From: a virus
Lineage: Duplodnaviria; Caudoviricetes
DNA length: 64,000 nt
Strand: one strand, 5' to 3'
IMG/VR virus record: IMGVR_UViG_3300018430_000021
Span: 96,001 to 160,000 of that record
The notes under the pieces are model-generated. The model was not told where the DNA came from and made no database searches. It saw only the letters and a program-made list of their open reading frames with translations. A program made the translations under genes and the position numbers. Positions 19,249 through 28,776 of this stretch are shown here, piece by piece. How positions within the stretch are numbered: position 1 is the stretch's first letter; each line of letters starts with the position of its first letter.

Positions 19249-20058
19249 ATGGCAAATACTGATATTTCCGCATATTCATGGTTATGTAATACGATGAAGA
19301 GTATTACTGCCCCTTTGAGTGAGGGCGGTAATATCGTCTGTGATAATGAAAAAGATACTGTTGATTCCGCAATAAATGACGCGTATGACCTTTTTGGCTT
19401 GAAGTGTGTCTACTACCGAGTAACAGAAGATTTGAAGCGTGACAAGCTCTATGGTGAAGACCAGCTGCGTTATATACTACGTAGCTGGTACTTCAACGGC
19501 TATATCCAATCTCTTCCTCCTAATGTCAGAATCTATCAGCTTCAGGGCATCTGGGGCGATGATACTGTAAAGATGTTTGCAAGTATTGACGCTTTCAATT
19601 ATTTCTCTACATACGGCGGAGTGGATAAGAATACACCGGAAGTATATGCGCCACAGTCTCCTTCTATTGGCGATATAATTTATATCCCGGCGAATAATTA
19701 TTTCTATGAAATTCGCGATGTCAAATACTATGAAGAAGCTTTCGGTTTGAAACCGCATACATATACCTTCACTTTGAAGATGTATAAGGACAACAAGTAT
19801 ACGATTTCAGCAGATTCGCCAACATTGTCTAATAGAAATGACCCCATATACCGGGTCGCGCCTTCGGCGCTTAGTGCACAGTTTAATTACGAAGATCCAT
19901 TGGCAATTAATGATAACAATTTGGCTTCGGCATGGGCAGGAAAAGACCCATATAATACGGATATGCATTACGAATATCCTGACCCGTTAGTTGAATATGA
20001 CGACGATAGGCCAGCGGAAAATAATAAGAAATATTATGACCCTTTCCAGGGGTGGTAA
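19249..20058 (+). CDS. neck / head-closure protein gp14-like (copy 2)
   Basis: CVYY...DKLYGEDQ and PSIGDIIY...FYEI; shares the C-terminal KYYDPFxGW with copy 1. Confidence 0.75.
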   Translation: MANTDISAYSWLCNTMKSITAPLSEGGNIVCDNEKDTVDSAINDAYDLFGLKCVYYRVTEDLKRDKLYGEDQLRYILRSWYFNGYIQSLPPNVRIYQLQGIWGDDTVKMFASIDAFNYFSTYGGVDKNTPEVYAPQSPSIGDIIYIPANNYFYEIRDVKYYEEAFGLKPHTYTFTLKMYKDNKYTISADSPTLSNRNDPIYRVAPSALSAQFNYEDPLAINDNNLASAWAGKDPYNTDMHYEYPDPLVEYDDDRPAENNKKYYDPFQGW

Positions 20059-20085
20059 AATTAGCCTTATATATAAACATAGAAT

Positions 20086-20619
20086 ATGTCAATTTTTTGT
20101 AAAAAATACCGACAGGGTATTTTCTACCCTAAAAATCCTAGCAAATGTTTGAACGTTAACGGTGAGATTTCTGCTAGACCTCCTGAATATCGTTCAAGCT
20201 GGGAATACAAGCTCATGGAGTGGTGCGACACTCGTGAGCGTGTTATCAAATGGGGTAGTGAAATTCATAAGATTGAATATTATTCTGAAGTGGACGGTAA
20301 GATTCATAGGTATTTTATCGATTTTTACTATGAAATAAATACAATACACAACGGAATTAAAAAGTATGCTATCGAGGTAAAGCCTAGCTGTCAGATAGCA
20401 AGACTCGACGAGAACGGGATGGTCATCTACCCGGATCCGCCTAAAAAGAAAACTCAAAAATCGTTGCTGCAATGGCAAGAACGTTGCAATGTTATAAGAA
20501 TTAATAACTGTAAGTGGCAGGCCGCACGAAAATGGTGTCAAGAAAACGGATATATCTTTGATGTATTATCCGAAGAAGACGTAGGTTCCTGGGCCAGTCA
20601 AAGGAATGTTAATAAATGA
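20086..20619 (+). CDS. head completion nuclease gp4-like (TnsA-type)
   Basis: QGIFYPKNPSK, YRSSWE, WGSE, HRYFIDF, IEVKP and KWQAA motifs. Confidence 0.9.
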   Translation: MSIFCKKYRQGIFYPKNPSKCLNVNGEISARPPEYRSSWEYKLMEWCDTRERVIKWGSEIHKIEYYSEVDGKIHRYFIDFYYEINTIHNGIKKYAIEVKPSCQIARLDENGMVIYPDPPKKKTQKSLLQWQERCNVIRINNCKWQAARKWCQENGYIFDVLSEEDVGSWASQRNVNK

Positions 20620-21188
20620 GTGAAATGAACGTCGATGTATTCGATAAATTAGATGAAAAATTTGATATAAAAGAAGAAATACAAAAAACTGAGGAAAAAA
20701 CCAAGAAGGCTATTGTTGAAGTAAAGAATGGTATCGCTCAGCAGAAATATAATCTTGAAGACAAGGAATATCTTAAGACCGAACTTCAGGATTTGATTTC
20801 AACTAACAGGATGGTTCTTGAGACACTTGCCGGACAGATTAAGTTCGGATGTGACCTTGGGCTTATCGCGAGCTTTGCCAATATTTCTAAGACTATTACC
20901 GAAAACCTTTCAGAGCTTATCAAGCTTGAGAAACAGGTTACGGATTACCAAATCACAGAGTCTAATGAGAATATTAAGTTGGCAGCAATGGAACAGAAGG
21001 AACGAATTGCAAATAATCGTATGTCTTCTAAGGCCGGTAAGTTGCCAAATTTGACGCAGACAAACAATATATTCTGTTCTAATTCTCGTGACGCTTTAGA
21101 CATGATATTAAACAACAAACAAAAGCCCGAACTCGTTGAATCCGAGATGCCTAATTTTAAGTTTGAAGACGAAGGAGCAGAGGGATAA
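20616..21188 (+). CDS. putative terminase small subunit (gp16-like)
   Basis: Helical 190-aa protein with C-terminal TQTNNIFCSNSRDALDMI, similar to the gp16-family tail. Confidence 0.55.
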   Translation: MSEMNVDVFDKLDEKFDIKEEIQKTEEKTKKAIVEVKNGIAQQKYNLEDKEYLKTELQDLISTNRMVLETLAGQIKFGCDLGLIASFANISKTITENLSELIKLEKQVTDYQITESNENIKLAAMEQKERIANNRMSSKAGKLPNLTQTNNIFCSNSRDALDMILNNKQKPELVESEMPNFKFEDEGAEG

Positions 21189-21190
21189 GG

Positions 21191-21493
21191 ATGGTTTTTT
21201 CAGTGCATTACAAAATTTCACATAGAAACGAATTTTTAGAGAAGTATTTCTGTAAGACTTTTAAGAACTGCGTCGATGAAGACGTAGAAATTTCCAAAGA
21301 TAGACTTACAGACCTCATGGAATTGATGGTTAATCTTATTTTAACCGAAAATAAGGCCGGTTTATATGACCTTTTGACGAAGAAAAACACTAAAACAGCT
21401 AGGATTTTCTTCAACTATTTGACATGCTCCAATATCCGTTCTATAAATAAAGAGATAATCAAGGAACGAATTGAAGCAATTTATAAGTTCTAG
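21191..21493 (+). CDS. hypothetical protein
   Basis: 100-aa ORF within the operon. Confidence 0.6.
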   Translation: MVFSVHYKISHRNEFLEKYFCKTFKNCVDEDVEISKDRLTDLMELMVNLILTENKAGLYDLLTKKNTKTARIFFNYLTCSNIRSINKEIIKERIEAIYKF

Positions 21494-21503
21494 GAAGGAA
21501 AAT

Positions 21504-22265
21504 ATGAGAGATTTAAAAGAAATTTTAGAAGAAACGGTTAGTCCGATTAATCTTTCATTCAGTACAGAATATAAGAAGTTTTTGACTGAAGCGGATGATT
21601 TCGGAGGAGACGATGCCGGCGGTGACGACGCTGGAGACCCGTTTGCAGATGTTGGCGGTGATGATGCTGCCGCTGATGATGTCGGTGGTGGTGACGCTGG
21701 TGATCCGTTTGCTGCAGATGCAGGTGGCGGAGCTGCTGGTGGCGCAGGTGGAGCTGGCGGAGCCGGTGGCGATGCTAACGCTCAAGGTGCCGATGGTGCT
21801 GAAGATCCAGACAAGAAACTTTCCCCAGTTGATGACGGTTCTCATGAAGATGACCCGGATTTCACACAGGGACAGGCAGATTCTGACGACGTAACGTTGT
21901 CTAAGAATCCTGCAGGTAAGATGATGTATGATACTGAAAAGGTCATGCAGACAGTCATGGCTGTTATTCAGTCTCTTAAGGACGACCAGCTCGTTGAAAT
22001 CGAAAAGGTTAAGACTGCAATCGAATTGGTATTCAATGGTAAGAAACTCAATGATGAAGATCTTGAATTTACAAACTTGAAGAATGCTATTTTCTTGATT
22101 AAGAAAGTCGGAGCCAAGCTTGATACCAAGCATAGACTCTATCTCTATCGTAAGATTAAGGAACCTCTCATTCAGAAGCGTGACCAGATTAAGCAAGACA
22201 TTGCTGTTAAGAAGGGACAGCTTCAGAATGCTCGAGAAGTTCTTACAGCGATGGACGTCAAGTAA
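21504..22265 (+). CDS. acidic Gly/Asp/Ala-rich hypothetical protein; candidate prohead-core protein
   Basis: AGGAAGGA RBS before ATG 21504; YKKFLTE followed by GGDDAG/DPFA repeats. Confidence 0.7.
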   Translation: MRDLKEILEETVSPINLSFSTEYKKFLTEADDFGGDDAGGDDAGDPFADVGGDDAAADDVGGGDAGDPFAADAGGGAAGGAGGAGGAGGDANAQGADGAEDPDKKLSPVDDGSHEDDPDFTQGQADSDDVTLSKNPAGKMMYDTEKVMQTVMAVIQSLKDDQLVEIEKVKTAIELVFNGKKLNDEDLEFTNLKNAIFLIKKVGAKLDTKHRLYLYRKIKEPLIQKRDQIKQDIAVKKGQLQNAREVLTAMDVK

Positions 22266-22287
22266 GAGTATTATTATAGGAGAAAAT

Positions 22288-22318
22288 AAAAAGAGGATTG
22301 TTTTCAATCCTCTTTTTT
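22288..22318. terminator. bidirectional terminator
   Basis: aaaagaggattg-tttt-caatcctctttt. Confidence 0.8.
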
Positions 22319-22336
22319 AATTATTGTTAAAAATTA

Positions 22337-22810
22337 TTAAGCGAGTGAATTATAGAAAGTTACGATTGCCGAAGCAAGTTCGAGTGTACTATAATCACGG
22401 GATGTATAATTCTTAATATACTTGTTGAAAGCCATCGGGCTGCACTTGGAAGAATCGTTAACGATTGATTCTTCACGGTCGATGCTACCATCCTTGGATT
22501 CGACAGTATTGATAATCTGTTCGCAAGCACCATGAATCTGCTTTTCCCAAGATTGAATCTGGTCGATAGCGTCCTTCATACGCTTTGTCTGGCTGATAGT
22601 ATCATTAAAACTAGTACCGATAGAATCGATAACGGATGTAGCAATATCAACCTGAGGCTTAATAGCGTCACGGATAATTGTACGAATATCCTTACCTTTT
22701 TCTTCTGCGGCCTTTTCAACATTCAAGTCGTTATCTTCGACAATAATCTTATAATCCTGTGTGGCATTATAAAGATGGTCGATAAGTTTTTCAAAATCTT
22801 CTGTTATCAT
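22337..22810 (-). CDS. hypothetical protein (MITE N-terminus)
   Basis: 157-aa ORF with GAGG RBS; overlaps the upstream stop. Confidence 0.7.
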   Translation of the reverse strand: MITEDFEKLIDHLYNATQDYKIIVEDNDLNVEKAAEEKGKDIRTIIRDAIKPQVDIATSVIDSIGTSFNDTISQTKRMKDAIDQIQSWEKQIHGACEQIINTVESKDGSIDREESIVNDSSKCSPMAFNKYIKNYTSRDYSTLELASAIVTFYNSLA

Positions 22811-25800
22811 TTAGAACCTCTGATATATTTATAGATTTCATTAATCAATGAGTCTGGAGATACTCCCGGGAATTGATATGAATCTTCGATATTATTAGAT
22901 TCACGATTCAAACCTTCACGTGCTTTAGTATCTGCCTTTTGTTCTTGCTTATTAAATACTTCCTTACTATGTTTCAAAATTGCCCATGCTGTAGCATAAT
23001 ATGCATAAAGGTCAGAATGGTCACGATTCTTATCAGTTCCTTCATTGAACATTACACAGATTTTCTTACAGTTGGACTTATTGAGATGGTCACGCATCAT
23101 TTCGCCAGCATCATTGTCCTGGCTTACGATATTACGTGCAATAGGAACAATGCCGTTACCATTTGTACCATGAACAATATCCAAACCTTTCTTCGCGTTA
23201 TTTGCAAAGCTTCTCATATACTGGTTGAACTGTTCGACGTTTTCAACCTGATATACCTTGTTGTTTTTATCAGGTGGCAAGATATTACGGAAGTCAACAG
23301 AACTAAGACGTTCTTCCAAAGTTGGGATGTTGTGTTTTACGACTTCAAACGGATTTTCTTCGTTATCATCCTGCTGTTCTGGTTCTTGGTCATTAGGTTC
23401 ATCGTTTTCATAAAGACTACGATAAACACTACCTGGTTTCTTTTTAGGCTTAAGCGGTTCAATTTCTATATTTTCTACGCTTTCTTCAATTTCATCGCCG
23501 CTTTGGTTTTCAAGCTGAGAAGCAATACAAGAGCCAATAGCTATGAGCTTATAAAGCTTAGGCAAGTAGTTGAGGTTGTCGAGTTCTTCAACAGCATCAT
23601 AATACCAGTTATTGATTTTGCCAGCACCATACACCTTTTCAAGTTCAGTAGTAAGAATGTTCTTTAACTCATTCAACTTTTCGTTCTTTGCATTGTATTC
23701 ATTAAACCAAGAGTCATTACTACAACTACGAGCAAAATTATTAAGACCTTCGACCTCTTTCATGATAGCATCTGTAAATGTTGCTTTAATAGATGCAGCA
23801 AGCTTTGTAGCATTTTCTTCAGAAGAAACTTTCTTCTTGAAAGTTCCTACGTGTTCCATTGCCGGGAATGTCTTAATGTCTTCAGAAATATGAATAGCCT
23901 GATTTTCGATTACTGGAATTTCTTTAACTTCATTCAAAGCACTTAAACCGTCGACGAACTGCTTAATGCTTTCGCTATTGACGTCAAACTTTAAGTCATC
24001 CTTAATCATGATGTCATAAAGGTTGATAATATCTTTAAGACTATTAATACCGACATTGTTGTTTTCGATGTTTCCGTCTTCAATGAAAGATTTAAGAACT
24101 TTTTGGATTTCCTTTAAACGTGGAATATCTACATTTTCTTCAAAAATATCCTTTATTGCGGACATTTGTTCTAATGATGCATTCAACTGGTCTTCTTGTG
24201 TTTCACCTGTATCAGATTCATCATCTGCTTCACTATCGGAAGAAGACTCATCGTCTTCATCAGCCTCATTTAAGAATTGAGTAAACGGACGATATTTCGG
24301 CTTTGCGCTTTCTTCTTCCATTTCCTCTTCTTCAGAGTTTTCCTTTTTCTTTTCCTTTGTATCAGAAACAACAGTATCAGTAGCTTCCTTGTTTATCTTG
24401 ACATCCTTGTTTTCAGAATACTTGTCATAAACATCAGAATATTTACTTAACTGACCGATAAGATTCTGAACGGCAACTTCAAGAGAAGATTGAGAATTAC
24501 TGTTAGCGGTAGAGAAAGTATTGTTGTCGAAATCAACAGTTCCGATAGGACCATTTTCCATGAGTGTGAGAAGTTGAGAACAGTCAGCAGTAACAACAAC
24601 AGACTGTGCAGCAACAGCTTCGCCATAGTTACCATCTTCTACAGCTTTTTGTACTTGTGCTTCGTAATCCTTTGTAGAACCATTGGACTTGAACGCACTC
24701 TTGATTTCCTTGAAACCTTCTGCAAAATTGTCTTTAATAGTCTGAAGAAGTTTGCCGCCTTCAGATAAACCCTTACAAAGTCCAAGAACCATACGTGGAC
24801 CCATATTGAAAATTGTAAGATTTCCGCTATTGATTGCGTCGGCTGCAGATTTTGCAGCTGGGAATTTAGCATAGACATCATCAAGGAATGCCTGCGGACC
24901 ACCTGTACCCCAACCTTTACGAATATTGATTTTCTTATGGGTAAATGGATCTTCTACATATTTTTCATCGCCGGCGCCGCCTTTACGAACTTTATCCTGC
25001 GCTTCCTTAACACCGTTATCGAATGCTGCCTTATATTTTTCATACCAGGACTTAAACTGACGAGGCCAAGTAGCTTCAACCGCATCAGCCTGTTTTGCGG
25101 CTATACGTGCATTATTGCTGAACTGAGATACCTTTCGTGGAACCTTTTCGGATTCGTAAAGTAGGTTGGTTGTTTTTAATTCATTAGAAATACTTGCATA
25201 ATAGGAATCTGTAATACTTTCATCATCGTCATTATGACTAATTTCTTCTGACTTATCTGCGCCAAATCTATTCAAAGCATCATTATTTTTTGCTTCTTGC
25301 TGAACAGTTTTCTTTGCGGCGTCAATACGCATTTTTGCTTCAATATCTGCAATACCGTAAAGGAAATTTTCTTCTTCTTCATCGTTGAAAGCATCAATCA
25401 TTAACTGCTTAAATTTGGATTCGCTGATTTTTGTAGTAGTATCTGCGAGCTTGCTTACGAATTCAGAAGTTCTATAAACTAAAGCCTGACCGATTTTTGT
25501 ATATGTTGATTTATCGCCGATAGTATCTTCATTGTCTTTTCTATCGGTAGCTTTTTTAATAGCAAGTTTTGGATTTTCAAAATACGAAGCGAGTTTAGAG
25601 TCGATAAAAACCTTATCGGCTTCTGCCATTTTACGGTTTGGAATACCTTTTTCGTAACGCTTTTGTGCAGCATGCTTAAGTTCTTCTTTTAACTTGTCGC
25701 CGTACTTATCTATAAGCTTACGAGAAAGTTCAGTAAACTTCGGGTCATTATATTCAATAAATTCACTACCAACATAGAAACCAGTGTTTGTTGCACCTGT

Positions 25801-25938
25801 ATTATGCTTGGTTTTATGGATATTGCATACCAAGCTATATAGATTCTTACTTTCTATATCCTTTAACGCATTCTTATATGAATATTCGATGTTTACATCG
25901 CTTTCTTTTTTGGCTTCGTATAAATCTAAAAATTTCAT
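22807..25938 (-). CDS. large acidic helical protein; candidate head-internal processed protein
   Basis: 1043 aa with several F/YxxF/LxE motifs; late promoter at 25963-25970. Confidence 0.7.
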   Translation of the reverse strand: MKFLDLYEAKKESDVNIEYSYKNALKDIESKNLYSLVCNIHKTKHNTGATNTGFYVGSEFIEYNDPKFTELSRKLIDKYGDKLKEELKHAAQKRYEKGIPNRKMAEADKVFIDSKLASYFENPKLAIKKATDRKDNEDTIGDKSTYTKIGQALVYRTSEFVSKLADTTTKISESKFKQLMIDAFNDEEEENFLYGIADIEAKMRIDAAKKTVQQEAKNNDALNRFGADKSEEISHNDDDESITDSYYASISNELKTTNLLYESEKVPRKVSQFSNNARIAAKQADAVEATWPRQFKSWYEKYKAAFDNGVKEAQDKVRKGGAGDEKYVEDPFTHKKINIRKGWGTGGPQAFLDDVYAKFPAAKSAADAINSGNLTIFNMGPRMVLGLCKGLSEGGKLLQTIKDNFAEGFKEIKSAFKSNGSTKDYEAQVQKAVEDGNYGEAVAAQSVVVTADCSQLLTLMENGPIGTVDFDNNTFSTANSNSQSSLEVAVQNLIGQLSKYSDVYDKYSENKDVKINKEATDTVVSDTKEKKKENSEEEEMEEESAKPKYRPFTQFLNEADEDDESSSDSEADDESDTGETQEDQLNASLEQMSAIKDIFEENVDIPRLKEIQKVLKSFIEDGNIENNNVGINSLKDIINLYDIMIKDDLKFDVNSESIKQFVDGLSALNEVKEIPVIENQAIHISEDIKTFPAMEHVGTFKKKVSSEENATKLAASIKATFTDAIMKEVEGLNNFARSCSNDSWFNEYNAKNEKLNELKNILTTELEKVYGAGKINNWYYDAVEELDNLNYLPKLYKLIAIGSCIASQLENQSGDEIEESVENIEIEPLKPKKKPGSVYRSLYENDEPNDQEPEQQDDNEENPFEVVKHNIPTLEERLSSVDFRNILPPDKNNKVYQVENVEQFNQYMRSFANNAKKGLDIVHGTNGNGIVPIARNIVSQDNDAGEMMRDHLNKSNCKKICVMFNEGTDKNRDHSDLYAYYATAWAILKHSKEVFNKQEQKADTKAREGLNRESNNIEDSYQFPGVSPDSLINEIYKYIRGSK

Positions 25939-26025
25939 AAAATCCTACAGCTTATTTTAATATATTTATAAAAAAGACCATAGCCCATGGTTGAGCTATG
26001 GTTATAAATTCAGAAAATTGGCTTA

Positions 26026-26493
26026 TTAAGCTTCTTCTTCGTCTTCTTCTGTTTCAGCCGGAGTTTCGTCTGACTTGGTTTCGTCTTCGTCGGCAACATC
26101 ATCGATACTTACGAATGTGTCATTAACATCATAAGAAGTAGTTGTCGGTTCGAGAGTCGGATCCATAGACTGAATATCATCGTCTGTAATAGCTTCTTCA
26201 GCCGGAGTTTCTTCGGTAGTGTCAATGATGTTCAAGCGAGCACCACAGCATGGACAAACCGGATTGGCAACATCGACATCGTATGTCTTTGTTTCTTCTT
26301 CGGTAGCTGTTTCTTCAGCCGGAGTTTCTTCGACAGGAGCTTCTTCCGGAGCAACATCGGAATCTACAGTAGGAACGCCAGCCGGTGTTTCTTCAGTAGA
26401 AATTGTGAAGGTTGGATTTTCTTCATCAGGATCACCAAAGCTTTCGCAAAGGAGCGATGAAGCACGTAACATAGCATTATTAAACTGGGTCAT
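26026..26493 (-). CDS. highly acidic protein with a CPCC motif and EETPAE repeats
   Basis: GAGG RBS; LLCE motif near the N-terminus. Confidence 0.7.
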   Translation of the reverse strand: MTQFNNAMLRASSLLCESFGDPDEENPTFTISTEETPAGVPTVDSDVAPEEAPVEETPAEETATEEETKTYDVDVANPVCPCCGARLNIIDTTEETPAEEAITDDDIQSMDPTLEPTTTSYDVNDTFVSIDDVADEDETKSDETPAETEEDEEEA

Positions 26494-26515
26494 TTTAAAT
26501 TCCTCTTTTTTTTTA

Positions 26516-27022
26516 TTATTTATAAGCGTATGACTTCAATGCTGAGAATAATTCGTTCTCAATATAGAAAGGTGACACTTCAATTCCGTTTTGTTTAACC
26601 ATGTTGGCTATTGCGTTAGCCTTGGTTTTGACGATTTTCTTCAAACTGTCACTCATATAGAGGAAGCGTTCATTGTAATCGTCAGTTATATTTCCCATGG
26701 AATCTGTTGTTGGCTCTTCAACCTCAAGTTCGTCCTTGTAGATATTCTGAGCAGCGTCTTCGATGATTTCAAGTAAGTAGTCGGCAATTTTATTTTCGTT
26801 TATATTTTGCTTTGTACTTTCAGCGACATTAACGAGGTCATCGTCTTCGAATTCCTGTTTTGTACTGTCAACGAGACGTAATTTAGCACGACAACATGGA
26901 CATACAAGGTTATCGGTAGTAACTGTATAAGCTTCTACTTTACCTAGCTTATCCAAACCGTTATCGCCTTCAACGCCATATCCGGTGAGTAACTGAGATG
27001 CCAATTTCTGTAAATCGTTCAT
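26516..27022 (-). CDS. hypothetical protein with a CPCC motif
   Basis: TATAAATA-N4-ATG start. Confidence 0.7.
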   Translation of the reverse strand: MNDLQKLASQLLTGYGVEGDNGLDKLGKVEAYTVTTDNLVCPCCRAKLRLVDSTKQEFEDDDLVNVAESTKQNINENKIADYLLEIIEDAAQNIYKDELEVEEPTTDSMGNITDDYNERFLYMSDSLKKIVKTKANAIANMVKQNGIEVSPFYIENELFSALKSYAYK

Positions 27023-27035
27023 ATATTATTTATAA

Positions 27036-27425
27036 TTAACCGAAGAGAGTCTCGTCGGAAGCTACAGTTTCTTCAACAGTAGGAGTTGTTTCTTCAACAA
27101 CAGGAGCGGTTTCTTCTACAGTAACCTTGCTCTTGCGTTTCTTTGGCTTTTCTGTCGGAACTGCAACAACAGCGTCAACAATCGGAGCTTCATCGGTTGG
27201 AACCGGTGCTTCTTCAACTACTGCAGCCTGTTCAGCTTCTTTCTTTTCCTTGAGGCCGTTAATGAATGCCTGATATTCCTTTTCAAAGGCATCAGTATTT
27301 CCAACGGACCTGAACGAATATGAGCGAGTCGGATATGAACGGATAGTATTACCCATTGCGGCACGAGCCTTGTCATATTCACTGTATGTTTGTTCTTCTT
27401 CGTAACGTTTTGCAAATCTATTCAT
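27036..27425 (-). CDS. hypothetical protein
   Basis: FEKEYQAFI motif shared with the neighbouring gene; E/T/P-rich tail. Confidence 0.65.
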   Translation of the reverse strand: MNRFAKRYEEEQTYSEYDKARAAMGNTIRSYPTRSYSFRSVGNTDAFEKEYQAFINGLKEKKEAEQAAVVEEAPVPTDEAPIVDAVVAVPTEKPKKRKSKVTVEETAPVVEETTPTVEETVASDETLFG

Positions 27426-27963
27426 CGTTATTTTTCCTTTTTGTTTGTTTTAAACTGTTTATAAAATCAGCATATTCTTCATCGAAAGATTTTGCTTCTT
27501 TAATAACATTATTTCCTTCGAGATTAGATATATCTAATTCTTTTGTTTCTTCTTCAGGTTCTTCAACATGTTCTTCAGGTTTATTTTCAACTGGAGTTTC
27601 AATACCAAAAAGCTCATTGATATATTCTCGACAATATGCTTTAAGTTCTTCTTTTAATTCTTTCTTTTCTTTTTCTTTTTTAAGATTTTCGATAAAAGCC
27701 TGATATTCACGTTCAAAATCATCTAACGTATTAGACTGTTCTTGTGGCTTATATTCCTTAAATTCAATTTTGGGAACTTCAATCGGTTCAAATTTTTTTA
27801 CTTCTGGTGTTTTAAATTTCGGAATTTTTAAAGGCGCTGTTTCCTGCGTTGGAATAGCAATATCGACATTTTTTATGCTGTCGATATAGTTGCTAAGCAA
27901 CTTTTTCCTTTTCGCGTCTAAAACACGATGTACCGCTAAATTTGATTGTATTGGTCTTGACAT
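27418..27963 (-). CDS. hypothetical protein
   Basis: Two F(E/D)xEYxxFI motifs. Confidence 0.65.
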   Translation of the reverse strand: MSRPIQSNLAVHRVLDAKRKKLLSNYIDSIKNVDIAIPTQETAPLKIPKFKTPEVKKFEPIEVPKIEFKEYKPQEQSNTLDDFEREYQAFIENLKKEKEKKELKEELKAYCREYINELFGIETPVENKPEEHVEEPEEETKELDISNLEGNNVIKEAKSFDEEYADFINSLKQTKRKNNDE

Positions 27964-27966
27964 TGA

Positions 27967-28344
27967 TTATCTCTTTATATGTTGAAGTAATGTTTCCGGA
28001 ATATTATGAATAATCATACCAGGAGGATTATCCTTATTGCCTTTTAAAATTTGAAGGTTGTAAAGTCTAATTCCGCCAACCGGATCCAGAATATTTATTA
28101 TCTTATAAAGACAAATATCATTCTGTACATTACTAATTACTTCTTCATTCACAACGAACGGTCGCACAGTTTCATCAACTTCATAAGAGCTGCTGTGTGA
28201 CGTTGCTTCACCTTTGTTATATTCTTTTGCTGCTTTTACGGCTGCGGTAAGTCTGGAAGCAACCCATTCAGGGCAATGATTCGACCTTACGATGTCCTTA
28301 ATCGCATTTAAAAGAATATTTAACTGTTCTGCTTTAACTTCCAT
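27967..28344 (-). CDS. hypothetical protein
   Basis: 125-aa ORF in a tightly packed operon. Confidence 0.65.
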   Translation of the reverse strand: MEVKAEQLNILLNAIKDIVRSNHCPEWVASRLTAAVKAAKEYNKGEATSHSSSYEVDETVRPFVVNEEVISNVQNDICLYKIINILDPVGGIRLYNLQILKGNKDNPPGMIIHNIPETLLQHIKR

Positions 28345-28345
28345 A

Positions 28346-28774
28346 TTAGTCTAATAGATAAGAACGAGATTCTCCATCTTCGTCAACAACAGTAACAGTA
28401 CCGTCTGTGTTTTCACGGATGTACATACCGTCATCGAATTCATAAACTTTTTCGTTATTTTCGTCAATATATTGACCGATAACGGAGAAACTTTCCTTGA
28501 GCTTTCTCTTTTTCTTTTTCTTTTTCTTCTTAGGAATCTGGTTTAACCAGTATTGCGGGTGATGTGCACTCGGAACACCTGCGAAGAATGGGTTTACTGA
28601 AAATGGTGAACGATGGAAAAGAAGACCCATACGCTGTGGACAACAACCCTTACCGTCACCGCCATGCGGAATGCCTTGGTCTAAACCGCAAGGAGAACCG
28701 ACGCCGATACCGAAATCTTCGTCGAGAGTCACTCCGTTTTCTTTTAAAATTTCTAATGCTTCTTCAACTGTCAT
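28346..28774 (-). CDS. small protein with a copy of the major-capsid N-arm and a poly-Lys tract
   Basis: LDEDFGIGVGSPCGLDQGIPHGGDGKG versus MCP LTEDFTQGVGAPLGLDQGIPHGGDAKG. Confidence 0.75.
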   Translation of the reverse strand: MTVEEALEILKENGVTLDEDFGIGVGSPCGLDQGIPHGGDGKGCCPQRMGLLFHRSPFSVNPFFAGVPSAHHPQYWLNQIPKKKKKKKKRKLKESFSVIGQYIDENNEKVYEFDDGMYIRENTDGTVTVVDEDGESRSYLLD

Positions 28775-28776
28775 AA

